From the sequence record LC680884.1: a stretch of DNA of 64,000 bases. One strand, 5' to 3'. The notes beneath the pieces were generated by a model. That model was not told where the DNA came from. It searched no databases and saw only the letters and a list, made by a program, of their open reading frames with translations. A program made the position numbers and the translations under genes. Positions within the stretch are counted from its first letter, which is position 1, and the number at the start of each line of letters is the position of its first letter. Shown here one piece after another: positions 18,601-26,835 of the stretch.

Positions 18601-20568
18601 CACATAAAAAGACACTGGACGAATTCAAAGAAGAAGTTAAATTACTAACTAACAATACCTATACAGTTTTATCCAATGAATATATTAACAATAAGACTAA
18701 AATCAAATTAAGGCATGAATTATGTGGAAATATATATGAGGTTAGACCTGATGTATTTCATAATGGTAGAAGATGTCCTCAGTGCGCTGATATTAATAAA
18801 GGTAAATCAAGATTAAAAAGCAATGATGAGTTTAAGAAGGAATTAAAAGAAAAGACTAATGGAAGACTTATAAGTCTTGAGAAATATATCAATATCGATA
18901 CCAAAATACTTTTCAGATGTAATGACTGTAATTATGAATGGAAGACTACTCCTTATTATGCTTTGAAAAATAGATGTCCTCAATGTTCTGGTAAAAGAAG
19001 ACTAACTACTGATGAGGTTAAAAGAAAAATTAGCTTAGTTACAAATAATGAGTATTCATTATTAGGTGAATATCGTAATAATAAAACGAAGATTAGATTG
19101 TTACATCATAGTTGTAATAAGGAGTATGAAGTTACAATTAAAAACTTTGATAATGGAAATAGATGTCCATATTGTGCATTTAAAAGTTCATCAAAAATGG
19201 AAAAAGAACTATCTTCTTTTATTAAAGGATTAGTTGTAGATAAAGTCATATGTAATGACAGGAAATTACTTGAAGGTAAAGAGATTGATATATTTATTCC
19301 TTCCAAAAAAATTGCTTTTGAATTTAATGGTTTATATTGGCATTCAGAGCAAATGGGGAAGAAAAGAAACTATCATTTAGAAAAATTAGAAAAATGTAAT
19401 AGTAAAGGGATTAGACTAATTCAAATTTTTGAAGACGAATGGGTTAACAAACCTCTCATAGTAAAAGAAAAAATAAAACACCTACTAAAATTAAATAATT
19501 CTACTAAAATATACGCTAGAAATTGTTATGTAGAAGTAATTGATAACAATTTTAAAAATGAATTCCTAGAAAGAAATCACATTCAGGGAAAAGATTTGTC
19601 ATCAATTAAATTAGGCTTATGGCTTCCAAAAGAAGATGGCGATGAACTTGTAGCGGTAATGACTTTTAGTAAACTTAGAAAAAGCCTAGGTAGAAATAGT
19701 GCTGATAATATTTTTGAACTATCAAGATTCGCTACCGATATGGACTATAGAGTAATAGGTGCTTTTAGTAAACTTCTCAAATACTTCGAGAGAAATTATG
19801 AGTGGAAAGAATTAATAACCTATGCAGATAAACGCTGGTCAGATGGCAATGTTTATATCAATAATAAATTTGAATTAAGTCATATTAGTAAACCCAACTA
19901 TTGGTATGTTAACGTTGAAAAAACTCAACGATTCCATAGATTTAATTATAGAAAGTCTAATCTCAAAAAGAAATTTCCAAAATTATATAGTGATGATAGT
20001 ACTGAATTTGAAATCATGGATAAAACTAGATTTAAAAGAATATGGGATTGTGGTAATTTAGTATTTACCTATAAAAGATAATAATCTACTGTCGTAGTAA
20101 AACCCTTTTAACTGCTGGAAAATCCTATATGGACAATCAGCATCCAAGCATCTTTAATTCATTTAAAGATGAAGGTTCAACGACTATCGAAACCACTCTA
20201 ACAGATCGTTGTGATAACGCTAGTTAGAAGGAAGGGAGTAGAGTACAGCCAAGCGGTAGAGGTATTCCGTAATAAGGTTATAATTCCTCTTTAAATGGAA
20301 ACGGAGGGCACAATTATATTGTGAAGATATAGTCTCATCTCTATAGTAATATAGAGCAGTTCATAAGAGAACGCAGTAGATGTAGCGAATCTACTGGAAG
20401 ATTTTGGGTGATACAGTATCTCTACGTGGAGTATTTAGTAAAGAAGCTAATGAAGAAGCAGAACGATTAATATGGGAAAAGAAGAATATGTTAGACCAAA
20501 TGGGACGAAACTCTCGTCAAATTGGGAATGAAGCAATACAAGCAATTTATTCTCTAACTAGAGAATAA
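15615..20568 (+). CDS. rpoC: Virion RNA polymerase beta-prime subunit, N-terminal half; spliced join(15615..16779,18332..18516,20407..20568), 503 aa
   Basis: Exon 1 carries DGLFSTSIFG, GKSVDYATRSVIS and VTRYP. Splicing restores YPIEQY-Q-NIYPSKI and the catalytic motif LGGDYD|GDTV (NADFDGD equivalent). The frame is continuous across both junctions. Confidence 0.93.
17301..17312 (+). promoter_or_regulatory. Intron-internal late promoter for the group II endonuclease
   Basis: AACA-TAATAA-TA, 24 nt upstream of the ATG at 17336. Confidence 0.65.
17336..18244 (+). CDS. Intron-encoded homing endonuclease: zinc-ribbon repeats plus EDxHD/Vsr-like PD-(D/E)xK domain
   Basis: Three H-x2-C..CPxC-type modules, then SSGELLI..LPFDFF..IIEYDGRQH. 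SD TGGAG. No RT motifs. Confidence 0.88.
   Translation: MRKLDNTSFDLRLNQILKGYKRIGEYINSKTKILILHEICNKEFEARPCNLLQGYGCPHCNSKEKLTTEKFINKVKELVKDEYTVLSNYKNYHSKVTMRHNKCKFIYEVKAGNFTSLGRRCPNCSGLIKKNKEYVQEQLDKINPNEYKVIGEYINNVTPLEIIHLECNTINKFSLKNITSNKFSCKNCKMSSGELLIKNILNNMGTEYTYQKTFKECKDRKPLPFDFFVEEFNAIIEYDGRQHFLPIFGNDENDRIKKLELIQKHDNIKNDFCKKYNLPILRIKYDTPIDSIPILIKKFLLN
18561..18572 (+). promoter_or_regulatory. Intron-internal late promoter for the group I endonuclease
   Basis: AACA-AATAAT-TA upstream of SD GGAGG and the ATG at 18597. Confidence 0.7.
18597..20081 (+). CDS. Intron-encoded endonuclease: zinc-ribbon repeats, EDxHD-like nuclease, C-terminal Hef/Mom-like GNAT-type domain
   Basis: Three CPxC modules; SKME..EIDIFI..IAFEFNGLYWH; C-terminal YAR..FLERNHIQG..ELSRF..GAFSKLLKYF..TYADKRWSDG..RIWDCG. 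Confidence 0.85.
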   Translation: MPHKKTLDEFKEEVKLLTNNTYTVLSNEYINNKTKIKLRHELCGNIYEVRPDVFHNGRRCPQCADINKGKSRLKSNDEFKKELKEKTNGRLISLEKYINIDTKILFRCNDCNYEWKTTPYYALKNRCPQCSGKRRLTTDEVKRKISLVTNNEYSLLGEYRNNKTKIRLLHHSCNKEYEVTIKNFDNGNRCPYCAFKSSSKMEKELSSFIKGLVVDKVICNDRKLLEGKEIDIFIPSKKIAFEFNGLYWHSEQMGKKRNYHLEKLEKCNSKGIRLIQIFEDEWVNKPLIVKEKIKHLLKLNNSTKIYARNCYVEVIDNNFKNEFLERNHIQGKDLSSIKLGLWLPKEDGDELVAVMTFSKLRKSLGRNSADNIFELSRFATDMDYRVIGAFSKLLKYFERNYEWKELITYADKRWSDGNVYINNKFELSHISKPNYWYVNVEKTQRFHRFNYRKSNLKKKFPKLYSDDSTEFEIMDKTRFKRIWDCGNLVFTYKR

Positions 20569-20579
20569 GGAGGATTTCT

Positions 20580-20759
20580 ATGTGGGGTTTTAAGATAAAT
20601 TTATTGGAAGGACTATTGTTAATTATACTAATTTTGTTAATGTTTATTATTTCTTTCCCTTGCTGGCTATTACAAAGATTTGGTTTTAAAGTAAAACAGT
20701 ATTCAAATTTTCTTTATAAAAATAATCAATACTTATTATTAGATATCAAACGTTATTAA
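20580..20759 (+). CDS. Small membrane protein (59 aa), absent from the ORF track
   Basis: SD AAGGAGG at the RNAP stop codon; MWGFKINLLEGLLLIILILLMFIISFPCWLLQRF. Confidence 0.65.
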   Translation: MWGFKINLLEGLLLIILILLMFIISFPCWLLQRFGFKVKQYSNFLYKNNQYLLLDIKRY

Positions 20760-20766
20760 CAAAAAA

Positions 20767-20797
20767 AAGAGTAAAGTCTTTTATAGACTTTACTCTT
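20767..20797. terminator. Bidirectional terminator
   Basis: AAGAGTAAAGTCT-TTTAT-AGACTTTACTCTT between convergent genes. Confidence 0.8.
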
Positions 20798-20803
20798 ATA
20801 GCA

Positions 20804-21577
20804 TTAAGTTTGATGAGGTACTACATATACTAGTCTAGATCTAATAGAACGTGTATATGCACTTGGTTCAACAAAACTAACTTCTTTTATTTTTGTTTTC
20901 ATCTCTTTATCTTTAAGTATATAATAACATTCTCTTCTTGAGTTAGCTAAGACATACTTGTACTTCTTACCAGTTACTTCATAAATCTTATTTGTCTGAA
21001 CACATGGAAAATTCAATATATCTAATTGGATATCCTTCTTAAATTTAGTAAGAAATTTGGTTCCTACAATGTCGGAACTTAGATTTTTTCCACCATTAAT
21101 ACTATAATATACATCATCTTCATCATTATCAATACTAATTCTTATAACATGATTGTTCCAAACAGTAGCAAATTCAACACTGGTCTTAGACAATTTAATC
21201 ATTTGTACAATTTTAAACATTAAGTCATCAGAATTAGAAAGAAGATCTATATTATGAGCAAGTGAAAAACGATTTTCAATTAGATTAAAACGATCTAGAT
21301 ATTTAGTTAAATAAGTAGAAACAACTTTTTGAGCATTTTGAATATATTCATATTCCCGCATCCTTTCTGATTCCAATTTCATTTGATCTTGATATTCTTT
21401 TTCTTCCTGAAGAGTTGCTGCTGATTCTTGTCTGGATTTAGTCATATTATCCTCTAATCTTTTTATGACACCATCCATGAGTTTAATAGTTTCATTACTC
21501 TGTTCAACCATCCTTCTTAGTGAATCAATTTCCTTATCCTTCTCCTTTGCCATAAACATTCTTTTAAACCAATTCAA
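20804..21577 (-). CDS. Hypothetical protein with an N-terminal coiled coil
   Basis: 257 aa, TTG start with SD GGGAGG. Confidence 0.7.
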   Translation of the reverse strand: MNWFKRMFMAKEKDKEIDSLRRMVEQSNETIKLMDGVIKRLEDNMTKSRQESAATLQEEKEYQDQMKLESERMREYEYIQNAQKVVSTYLTKYLDRFNLIENRFSLAHNIDLLSNSDDLMFKIVQMIKLSKTSVEFATVWNNHVIRISIDNDEDDVYYSINGGKNLSSDIVGTKFLTKFKKDIQLDILNFPCVQTNKIYEVTGKKYKYVLANSRRECYYILKDKEMKTKIKEVSFVEPSAYTRSIRSRLVYVVPHQT

Positions 21578-21626
21578 TCAAAAACCTCCCCATTAAGTAT
21601 TTTGACGAAATCTTTATACATTGACC

Positions 21627-21970
21627 AAAAAAAGCCCTATGGGTGGGGTTGCCCCCACCCATAGTAAAAGTAGTCGTCGTATATGTTTAAATAATAGAAC
21701 TTCTAATTCTTACTGCATCAATAGGGAATTTTCCCAGACAATCATTTTTCTCAACTGTGTTTGTCATAGCGTATTCTCCTCTCCATTTTAAAAAATCCTT
21801 TTTCTCTTTATAAGGATACGGAGAATGGTGAAAGATCTTGCTATAATCACTAGGTGGGTATTGTCATTCGTTCAATACACTTTTCGTGGTATGTAGCCTG
21901 ATGAATATTTTTGTCTTTCCAACCATTCTTTTATTACCTTATTTATTACTAGTTTTTGTGTTTCTTATTG
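21627..21970 (-). ncRNA. Candidate early structured transcript or small-ORF leader RNA
   Basis: Early-type motif at 21979..21991, about 340 nt without a long ORF, local hairpins, and a 12-bp GC-rich GCAA-tetraloop stem (21637..21664) followed by a U7 tract. Confidence 0.45.
21687..21767 (-). CDS. Possible 26-aa peptide MTNTVEKNDCLGKFPIDAVRIRSSII
   Basis: Strong SD GGAGAGGAG upstream of the ATG, inside the candidate transcript. Confidence 0.45.
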   Translation of the reverse strand: MTNTVEKNDCLGKFPIDAVRIRSSII

Positions 21971-22010
21971 TTACAGTAATAATATATACTTGAAAATCTT
22001 TTTGATACGG

Positions 22011-22022
22011 AACATTATATTA
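22011..22022 (+). promoter_or_regulatory. Late promoter
   Basis: AACA-TTATAT-TA upstream of 22051. Confidence 0.75.
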
Positions 22023-22050
22023 GTATTAAATATTATAGGAGTGATAGAAA

Positions 22051-22737
22051 ATGGCTGATAATATTAATATCGATATTTCTAAAGAATTAAGTATTCTCCA
22101 GAATGAATTAGAAAAAATCGATGAATTATATGATGAAACAAAAGAGCATTATGATAAAGTTAAAAATAGTGGCAGTAATGGAACTCTTACATTTATAGAA
22201 AAACAAACCTCTAATTTAATTTCACTTAAAACTGGTAAGATATCTATTATTCAGCAAATCGTAAATGCTAAGAAAACTGAAGCTGATATTGCACTTAAAA
22301 ATCAAAGAAATCAAGAGGGTGGCGATAACTCTGATATTAGAGAAATTGTTGCTGGTGTTCATGATTATATTCTTAATAATAAAAAAGATAAAAAATTTAG
22401 TGAAATTATAAATAAACAAGAATCTGAAGATATTTCTGGATCACAGAAAAATGATGAAGAAGTAGATGCATTATTAGAAGCAAGATTGAAAGAAGAACAA
22501 AATGAAAGCAATTCTGAAAAGGAAGAGACAGTAATAGAGGAAAAAATAAATGACTATCAATATGTAGTAGATATGGAGAAAAATATCTATTGTCTGGATG
22601 GCGACTATAATATTATAGAAGATGCTGAAATACCAGATCTGCAAATAGAGATTACAGAAGAAAATGGGGAATACATTGCAAAAGATGAAAATGGAAAAAT
22701 TTATGATGTAGTAGAATTTACTGAAGATGAAGAATAA
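22051..22737 (+). CDS. Acidic late hypothetical protein with an N-terminal coiled coil
   Basis: 228 aa, SD AGGAGTGA, late promoter, followed by a hairpin. Confidence 0.7.
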   Translation: MADNINIDISKELSILQNELEKIDELYDETKEHYDKVKNSGSNGTLTFIEKQTSNLISLKTGKISIIQQIVNAKKTEADIALKNQRNQEGGDNSDIREIVAGVHDYILNNKKDKKFSEIINKQESEDISGSQKNDEEVDALLEARLKEEQNESNSEKEETVIEEKINDYQYVVDMEKNIYCLDGDYNIIEDAEIPDLQIEITEENGEYIAKDENGKIYDVVEFTEDEE

Positions 22738-22740
22738 AAT

Positions 22741-22773
22741 AACCAAGGATATCAAATAATGATATCCTTGGTT
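22741..22773 (+). terminator. Terminator hairpin
   Basis: AACCAAGGATATCA-AATAA-TGATATCCTTGGTT. Confidence 0.75.
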
Positions 22774-22867
22774 TAATTAAATAATATTGTTCTGCTTTTA
22801 TTGAGGGGTTTATTTTATTATAATTATGTTTTATTGTAATTAATTCTCTAAAAATAAAAAAAGATTA

Positions 22868-22880
22868 AAGAATATATTAT
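22868..22880 (+). promoter_or_regulatory. Early-type promoter motif
   Basis: AAGAATATATTAT upstream of the zinc-ribbon/NADAR/SbcC run. Confidence 0.55.
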
Positions 22881-22921
22881 AAATAAGTTAATAAAATAAA
22901 AGAAAAAATGGAGTGATTTAA

Positions 22922-23065
22922 ATGAGTTTTACTATTAGATGCGATGAATGTGGATCAAACAATATTAGTTTTATAGTAGACGATGATGAATTTGGTTCAT
23001 TACTTGTAATACAATGTGAAGAATGTGATAATTTTGAAGAATATAATCAAGCAGATATATACTAA
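22922..23065 (+). CDS. Acidic zinc-ribbon microprotein (47 aa), absent from the ORF track
   Basis: SD TGGAGTGA; MSFTIRCDECGSNNISFIVDDDEFGSLLVIQCEECDNFEEYNQADIY (CxxC-x21-CxxC). Confidence 0.75.
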   Translation: MSFTIRCDECGSNNISFIVDDDEFGSLLVIQCEECDNFEEYNQADIY

Positions 23066-23143
23066 ATAATTTATATTCTTGTAACTAAAAAAATTATTTA
23101 AAAACATGAAAATGAAGAATATTAAACTAAGGTGGGGATGTTG

Positions 23144-23563
23144 ATGAATAAGATTGATAGTTTTTCAGGTAAATATTATTTTTTAAGTAATTTTTATCCT
23201 GCAAAAGTAAAATTTGCTGACTTAGAGTTTAATAATAACGAAGCCGCCTTTCAAGCTATGAAGGTTACTTCAAGCTTTATTCGTAAACAATTTACAATTC
23301 TTCCTCCAAATCTAGCCAAAAGAAAAGGTCGTAGTGTTCGTCTAAGACCAGATTGGGAGAATATTAAAGAGGATATTATGTATAGAATTGTTTATGCTAA
23401 ATTCTCACAAAATGAAGGACTCAAAAGAAAATTAATTGCTACAGGAAATCTTGAATTAATTGAAGGAAATACATGGAATGATACAACTTGGGGAGTATGC
23501 AATGGGAAAGGACAAAATAAATTAGGTAAGATTCTCATGAAAGTTAGAGAAGAGCTTAAATAG
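23144..23563 (+). CDS. NADAR (YbiA-like) family protein
   Basis: FLSNFY, EAAFQAMK, AKRKGR..RPDWE, KFSQN, LIEGN.WNDTTWG, GQNKLGKILMKVR. Confidence 0.93.
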   Translation: MNKIDSFSGKYYFLSNFYPAKVKFADLEFNNNEAAFQAMKVTSSFIRKQFTILPPNLAKRKGRSVRLRPDWENIKEDIMYRIVYAKFSQNEGLKRKLIATGNLELIEGNTWNDTTWGVCNGKGQNKLGKILMKVREELK

Positions 23564-23586
23564 AGACATATGGGAGAGTTGAGAGA

Positions 23587-26322
23587 ATGAAAATCACTTA
23601 TGCAAGATTTGTTAACTTTGCTGGAATTTATGCTGGATTAGGTAAAACAGAACTAGAGCTTGATTTCTCAAAATCTACTAATAAAATTATTGCTTTAATC
23701 GGTGATAATGGTTCTGGTAAAACGACTATTTTAAGTTTATTAACTCCTTATAGAGATACTAATGATGAGAGAAAATCTATCATTCTTGATGGCAAGAAAG
23801 GTGAAAAAGAAATTCATCTCTCTAGTGAAAAAAATAGCTACATTATTAGACATTACTATGCAAAAGTGGTAGATGGTAAATTTAATAGTAGTGGTAATAA
23901 ATCATTTATTTCAAAGAATGGTGAAGAACTGAATGAAAATGGCGGTATTAGAACATTTGAAAAAATTCTTCAAGAAGAATTTAATCTAACAAGGGATTAT
24001 TTTAGAGTAGCAAGACTTGGGAGTAATGTAACTACATTTGTAGATTTAAAAACTGCTGATAGGAAGAAATATATAAACAATTTTCTTCCAGATATTGATG
24101 ATTATTTAGAAGCATTTGAGATAGTCAATGAAAAATTTAAGAATGTTACAAGTACTATTAAAAGCATTAGAAGTCAATTAGAAAAATTAGATTCCAAGGA
24201 TAACTTGGAAAAATTAAATGAAACATTGACCAAAAGAATTAATGAATTAAATAAAGAGATTGAGAATATTGATAAGAATATTAACCGAACTGAGGGAAAG
24301 ATAGACGAATTAAAAGTAAGTCTAGATACTGAGGGCTTTGATGATTATGATCATTATATTAACCATCTAAGCAATACTATTAAACAGATGCAAGTAGAAA
24401 TTATAAAAGGTGAAAAGATTTTGGATACTTATTATGACAAATATCCAAACCTTAAAAATTATGAGATTGATAGAATTAATAATTCAATTATGGAATGTAA
24501 TAAGTTAGAAGTTGAGCTAAATGGAGAATTAAATTTAATCAATAGTCAGATTGATAATCTTGAAAAAGATATTGTTCGTCTAGGAAACGAAATCACTTCT
24601 AAAAATAGTATTATTGAAAATAAAGCTGATACTGACTATATAGAGGAACAAATAAAGAATAAAGATTCATTAATTGAACAGTATGAAAAGAAAATTTTAA
24701 ATAGTCCTTATTCAGATCTAGATATAACGGTTCAAATGGCAACACAATATCAATATATCTTAGATGGAATTGTTGAAACAATTGAATCAATTAAGTCTGA
24801 TCATACTAGCCATATCATTGAATCATTTAATGTTTCTGAAATAATTACTATACCTAATGAGATTAAGAGACTTGATGAAAAATTACAAGTTGATCTAAAT
24901 AGAAAAAATACTATTGAAAAAGAGACTAATAAGATTGAGTCAAATTCTTATTTACTTGAAACACTTGAGAAAAGACCAAGTAATTGTATAATTGATACAT
25001 GTCCTTTTATTGTTAAAGCTTTAGATTATAGAAATAATGATTATTCTAGGTTAGAACCCTTACTTAGCGAATTAATAGATATTGAAAATAGTATTATTGA
25101 AGATCAGAAAAATCTTGAAGAATTAAGAAATAGATGGAACTATGCTCAAGATATTATGAGATTGAATAAGAAAATTAATTCTAATAAAGAAGTAATTTCA
25201 TTAATTTATGATAATGCTATAACAGAGGAAAATGTAATTGATATTCTAAAAAGTAGCATTAGCGACATCCAAGAAAAGTTTTCAATTAAGGATATTATTG
25301 AAATAGCTAGTGTAAAAGTGGATATTATAATTGAAAAAGATAAAAAAGAAAATTTATTATCTCATCTTAAAACAGCACAAAAGCAAAATGAAATTGTTGA
25401 ACAGGCTAAAAAGGAATTATTGGAAATTAAGGAAAAGTATCTTCAGTGTAAGAGTGAAATTGATACTCTAATTTCTAGTAAAAAATCAACAGACAAGAAA
25501 ATTAAAAATAATAAAACAAAATTAGCAATTTTAGAAACTATTAAAAATCAAAAAAGTATTATTGAGAATAATACTAATGAATTAAATAAAAAAGAAGCAG
25601 ATTACCAAAAGAAACTAAACATCTATAATTCTATTAAAGCAAATGAGAAAATCATTAATGATAATCTTCTTCTATTAAGAAGCAAAAGATCTGAACTTGA
25701 ACCGTTAGAAATTAAATTAAAAGAAGTTCAAAGAGACTTAATCATTATTGATGATTGCACTGAAAGATTAAAAGAAATTGAGGAAAATTATAATAATTAT
25801 AAAATTATTAAAGAAGCACTTGATCCAAAGAAAGGAATTCCATTATTCTTTATCGATAACTATCTTAAAGATATAGCAATGAGAGCTAATAACTTATTAG
25901 ATATTGCATATGGTGATCAATTTAAGATTAAATTTGATATAAGTGCATCTGATTTCTTTATCAATGTTTTTAAATCTGATGGTACTTCTCTAGAAGATAT
26001 TAAAGAAGCTTCTCAAGGGGAAACATCATTAACAATTATCTCTCTATCACTAGGAATGATAGAAAGAATGATGGAATCAACTAAGTATAATATTCTTTAT
26101 TTAGATGAGGTTGATAGTACGTTATCTGCAAGAAATAGAAGACTATATACATCATTGCTTGAGTCTCAAATTCAAGAATTAGGTATCGAGCAAGTATTTG
26201 TGATCAGCCATAATAATGAATTTGATTCTAGTCCAGTTGATCTAATTTTATTAAATGGTCATAATATAGATACAGATAATGAAGAGTTCATGCAAAATAA
26301 AGGAATTATTTATAAGTACTAG
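23587..26322 (+). CDS. sbcC: SbcC/Rad50/gp46-like SMC-family ATPase
   Basis: Walker A GDNGSGKTT, long coiled coils, central hook-like CIIDTCP, signature ASQGE, Walker B ILYLDEVD, H-loop VISH. Confidence 0.93.
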   Translation: MKITYARFVNFAGIYAGLGKTELELDFSKSTNKIIALIGDNGSGKTTILSLLTPYRDTNDERKSIILDGKKGEKEIHLSSEKNSYIIRHYYAKVVDGKFNSSGNKSFISKNGEELNENGGIRTFEKILQEEFNLTRDYFRVARLGSNVTTFVDLKTADRKKYINNFLPDIDDYLEAFEIVNEKFKNVTSTIKSIRSQLEKLDSKDNLEKLNETLTKRINELNKEIENIDKNINRTEGKIDELKVSLDTEGFDDYDHYINHLSNTIKQMQVEIIKGEKILDTYYDKYPNLKNYEIDRINNSIMECNKLEVELNGELNLINSQIDNLEKDIVRLGNEITSKNSIIENKADTDYIEEQIKNKDSLIEQYEKKILNSPYSDLDITVQMATQYQYILDGIVETIESIKSDHTSHIIESFNVSEIITIPNEIKRLDEKLQVDLNRKNTIEKETNKIESNSYLLETLEKRPSNCIIDTCPFIVKALDYRNNDYSRLEPLLSELIDIENSIIEDQKNLEELRNRWNYAQDIMRLNKKINSNKEVISLIYDNAITEENVIDILKSSISDIQEKFSIKDIIEIASVKVDIIIEKDKKENLLSHLKTAQKQNEIVEQAKKELLEIKEKYLQCKSEIDTLISSKKSTDKKIKNNKTKLAILETIKNQKSIIENNTNELNKKEADYQKKLNIYNSIKANEKIINDNLLLLRSKRSELEPLEIKLKEVQRDLIIIDDCTERLKEIEENYNNYKIIKEALDPKKGIPLFFIDNYLKDIAMRANNLLDIAYGDQFKIKFDISASDFFINVFKSDGTSLEDIKEASQGETSLTIISLSLGMIERMMESTKYNILYLDEVDSTLSARNRRLYTSLLESQIQELGIEQVFVISHNNEFDSSPVDLILLNGHNIDTDNEEFMQNKGIIYKY

Positions 26323-26334
26323 GGGGGAATTTAA

Positions 26335-26835
26335 TTGAGTCACATACCAAAAAGAATCAATAAAGAAAAAAGAAAGAAAAAATATAAAAAGTTGTACTAT
26401 AGTATACTTTTATTTCTCATTGAAAAGCCTTGTAACTTCTTCTATAAGAAGTTTCAGGCTTTTGAAAGAAAAAGATATAATAAAAATAAACACAAGTATT
26501 ATAAGCTTGCAGTCAATGAAGTAATATCATATATTGAAAATGTATTAGTAAAATATCCATCACAAGGTGTTGAATTAGCAATATCTGAATCTAATGTTGA
26601 TATATCTTTAGATGAATTCTTTAGATTTGATTTCTGGAGAAAGAAAAACAAAGTAAGTCGCAAAGTATATAAATATATCATTGATAAGAATAAGAGTTTT
26701 AATGATTATGGAAATGATTTAATTCATATGGTTGTATCTTATTTTAATAATAATCCGTATACAAATATTGAGTTTGATAATAAATATAATTATTGGTATA
26801 TAACTATGAAAAAAGAGGTGGTTAAAAATGCGTAA
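26335..26835 (+). CDS. Hypothetical basic protein
   Basis: 166 aa, TTG start with SD GGGGGA, within the operon. Confidence 0.6.
   Translation: MSHIPKRINKEKRKKKYKKLYYSILLFLIEKPCNFFYKKFQAFERKRYNKNKHKYYKLAVNEVISYIENVLVKYPSQGVELAISESNVDISLDEFFRFDFWRKKNKVSRKVYKYIIDKNKSFNDYGNDLIHMVVSYFNNNPYTNIEFDNKYNYWYITMKKEVVKNA

Larger units (their letters stand above)
18517..20406 (+). mobile_element. Group IA intron splitting the RNAP DxD|GD motif, with its endonuclease ORF inside the P1 loop
   Basis: Exon ends in U (TACGAT), intron ends in G (TTTTG|GGT). IGS GTCGTAGT at 20091..20098 pairs with ACTACGAT. Core P AACTGCTGGAA, Q AATCAGCA, R GTTCAACGACTA, S AAGATATAGTCT. Confidence 0.95.

Noticed and set aside
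18597-20081. TYAD as a reverse-transcriptase YADD motif that could serve the group II intron
   Set aside because: It reads YADKRWSDG within a GNAT-like context, and no other RT blocks are present.
21627-21970. tRNA, tmRNA or a type I toxin peptide (VIIARSFTILRILIKRKRIF) in the 21.6-22.0 kb gap
   Set aside because: No T-loop, acceptor stem or CCA pattern, and that GTG frame has no SD. The region is kept only as a generic ncRNA candidate.
23587-26322. SMC-like gene as a Wadjet/Lamassu-type defence system
   Set aside because: No kleisin, KITE or effector genes are adjacent; the hook-like Cys pair and context fit SbcC/gp46. The Mre11 partner is not in this window.
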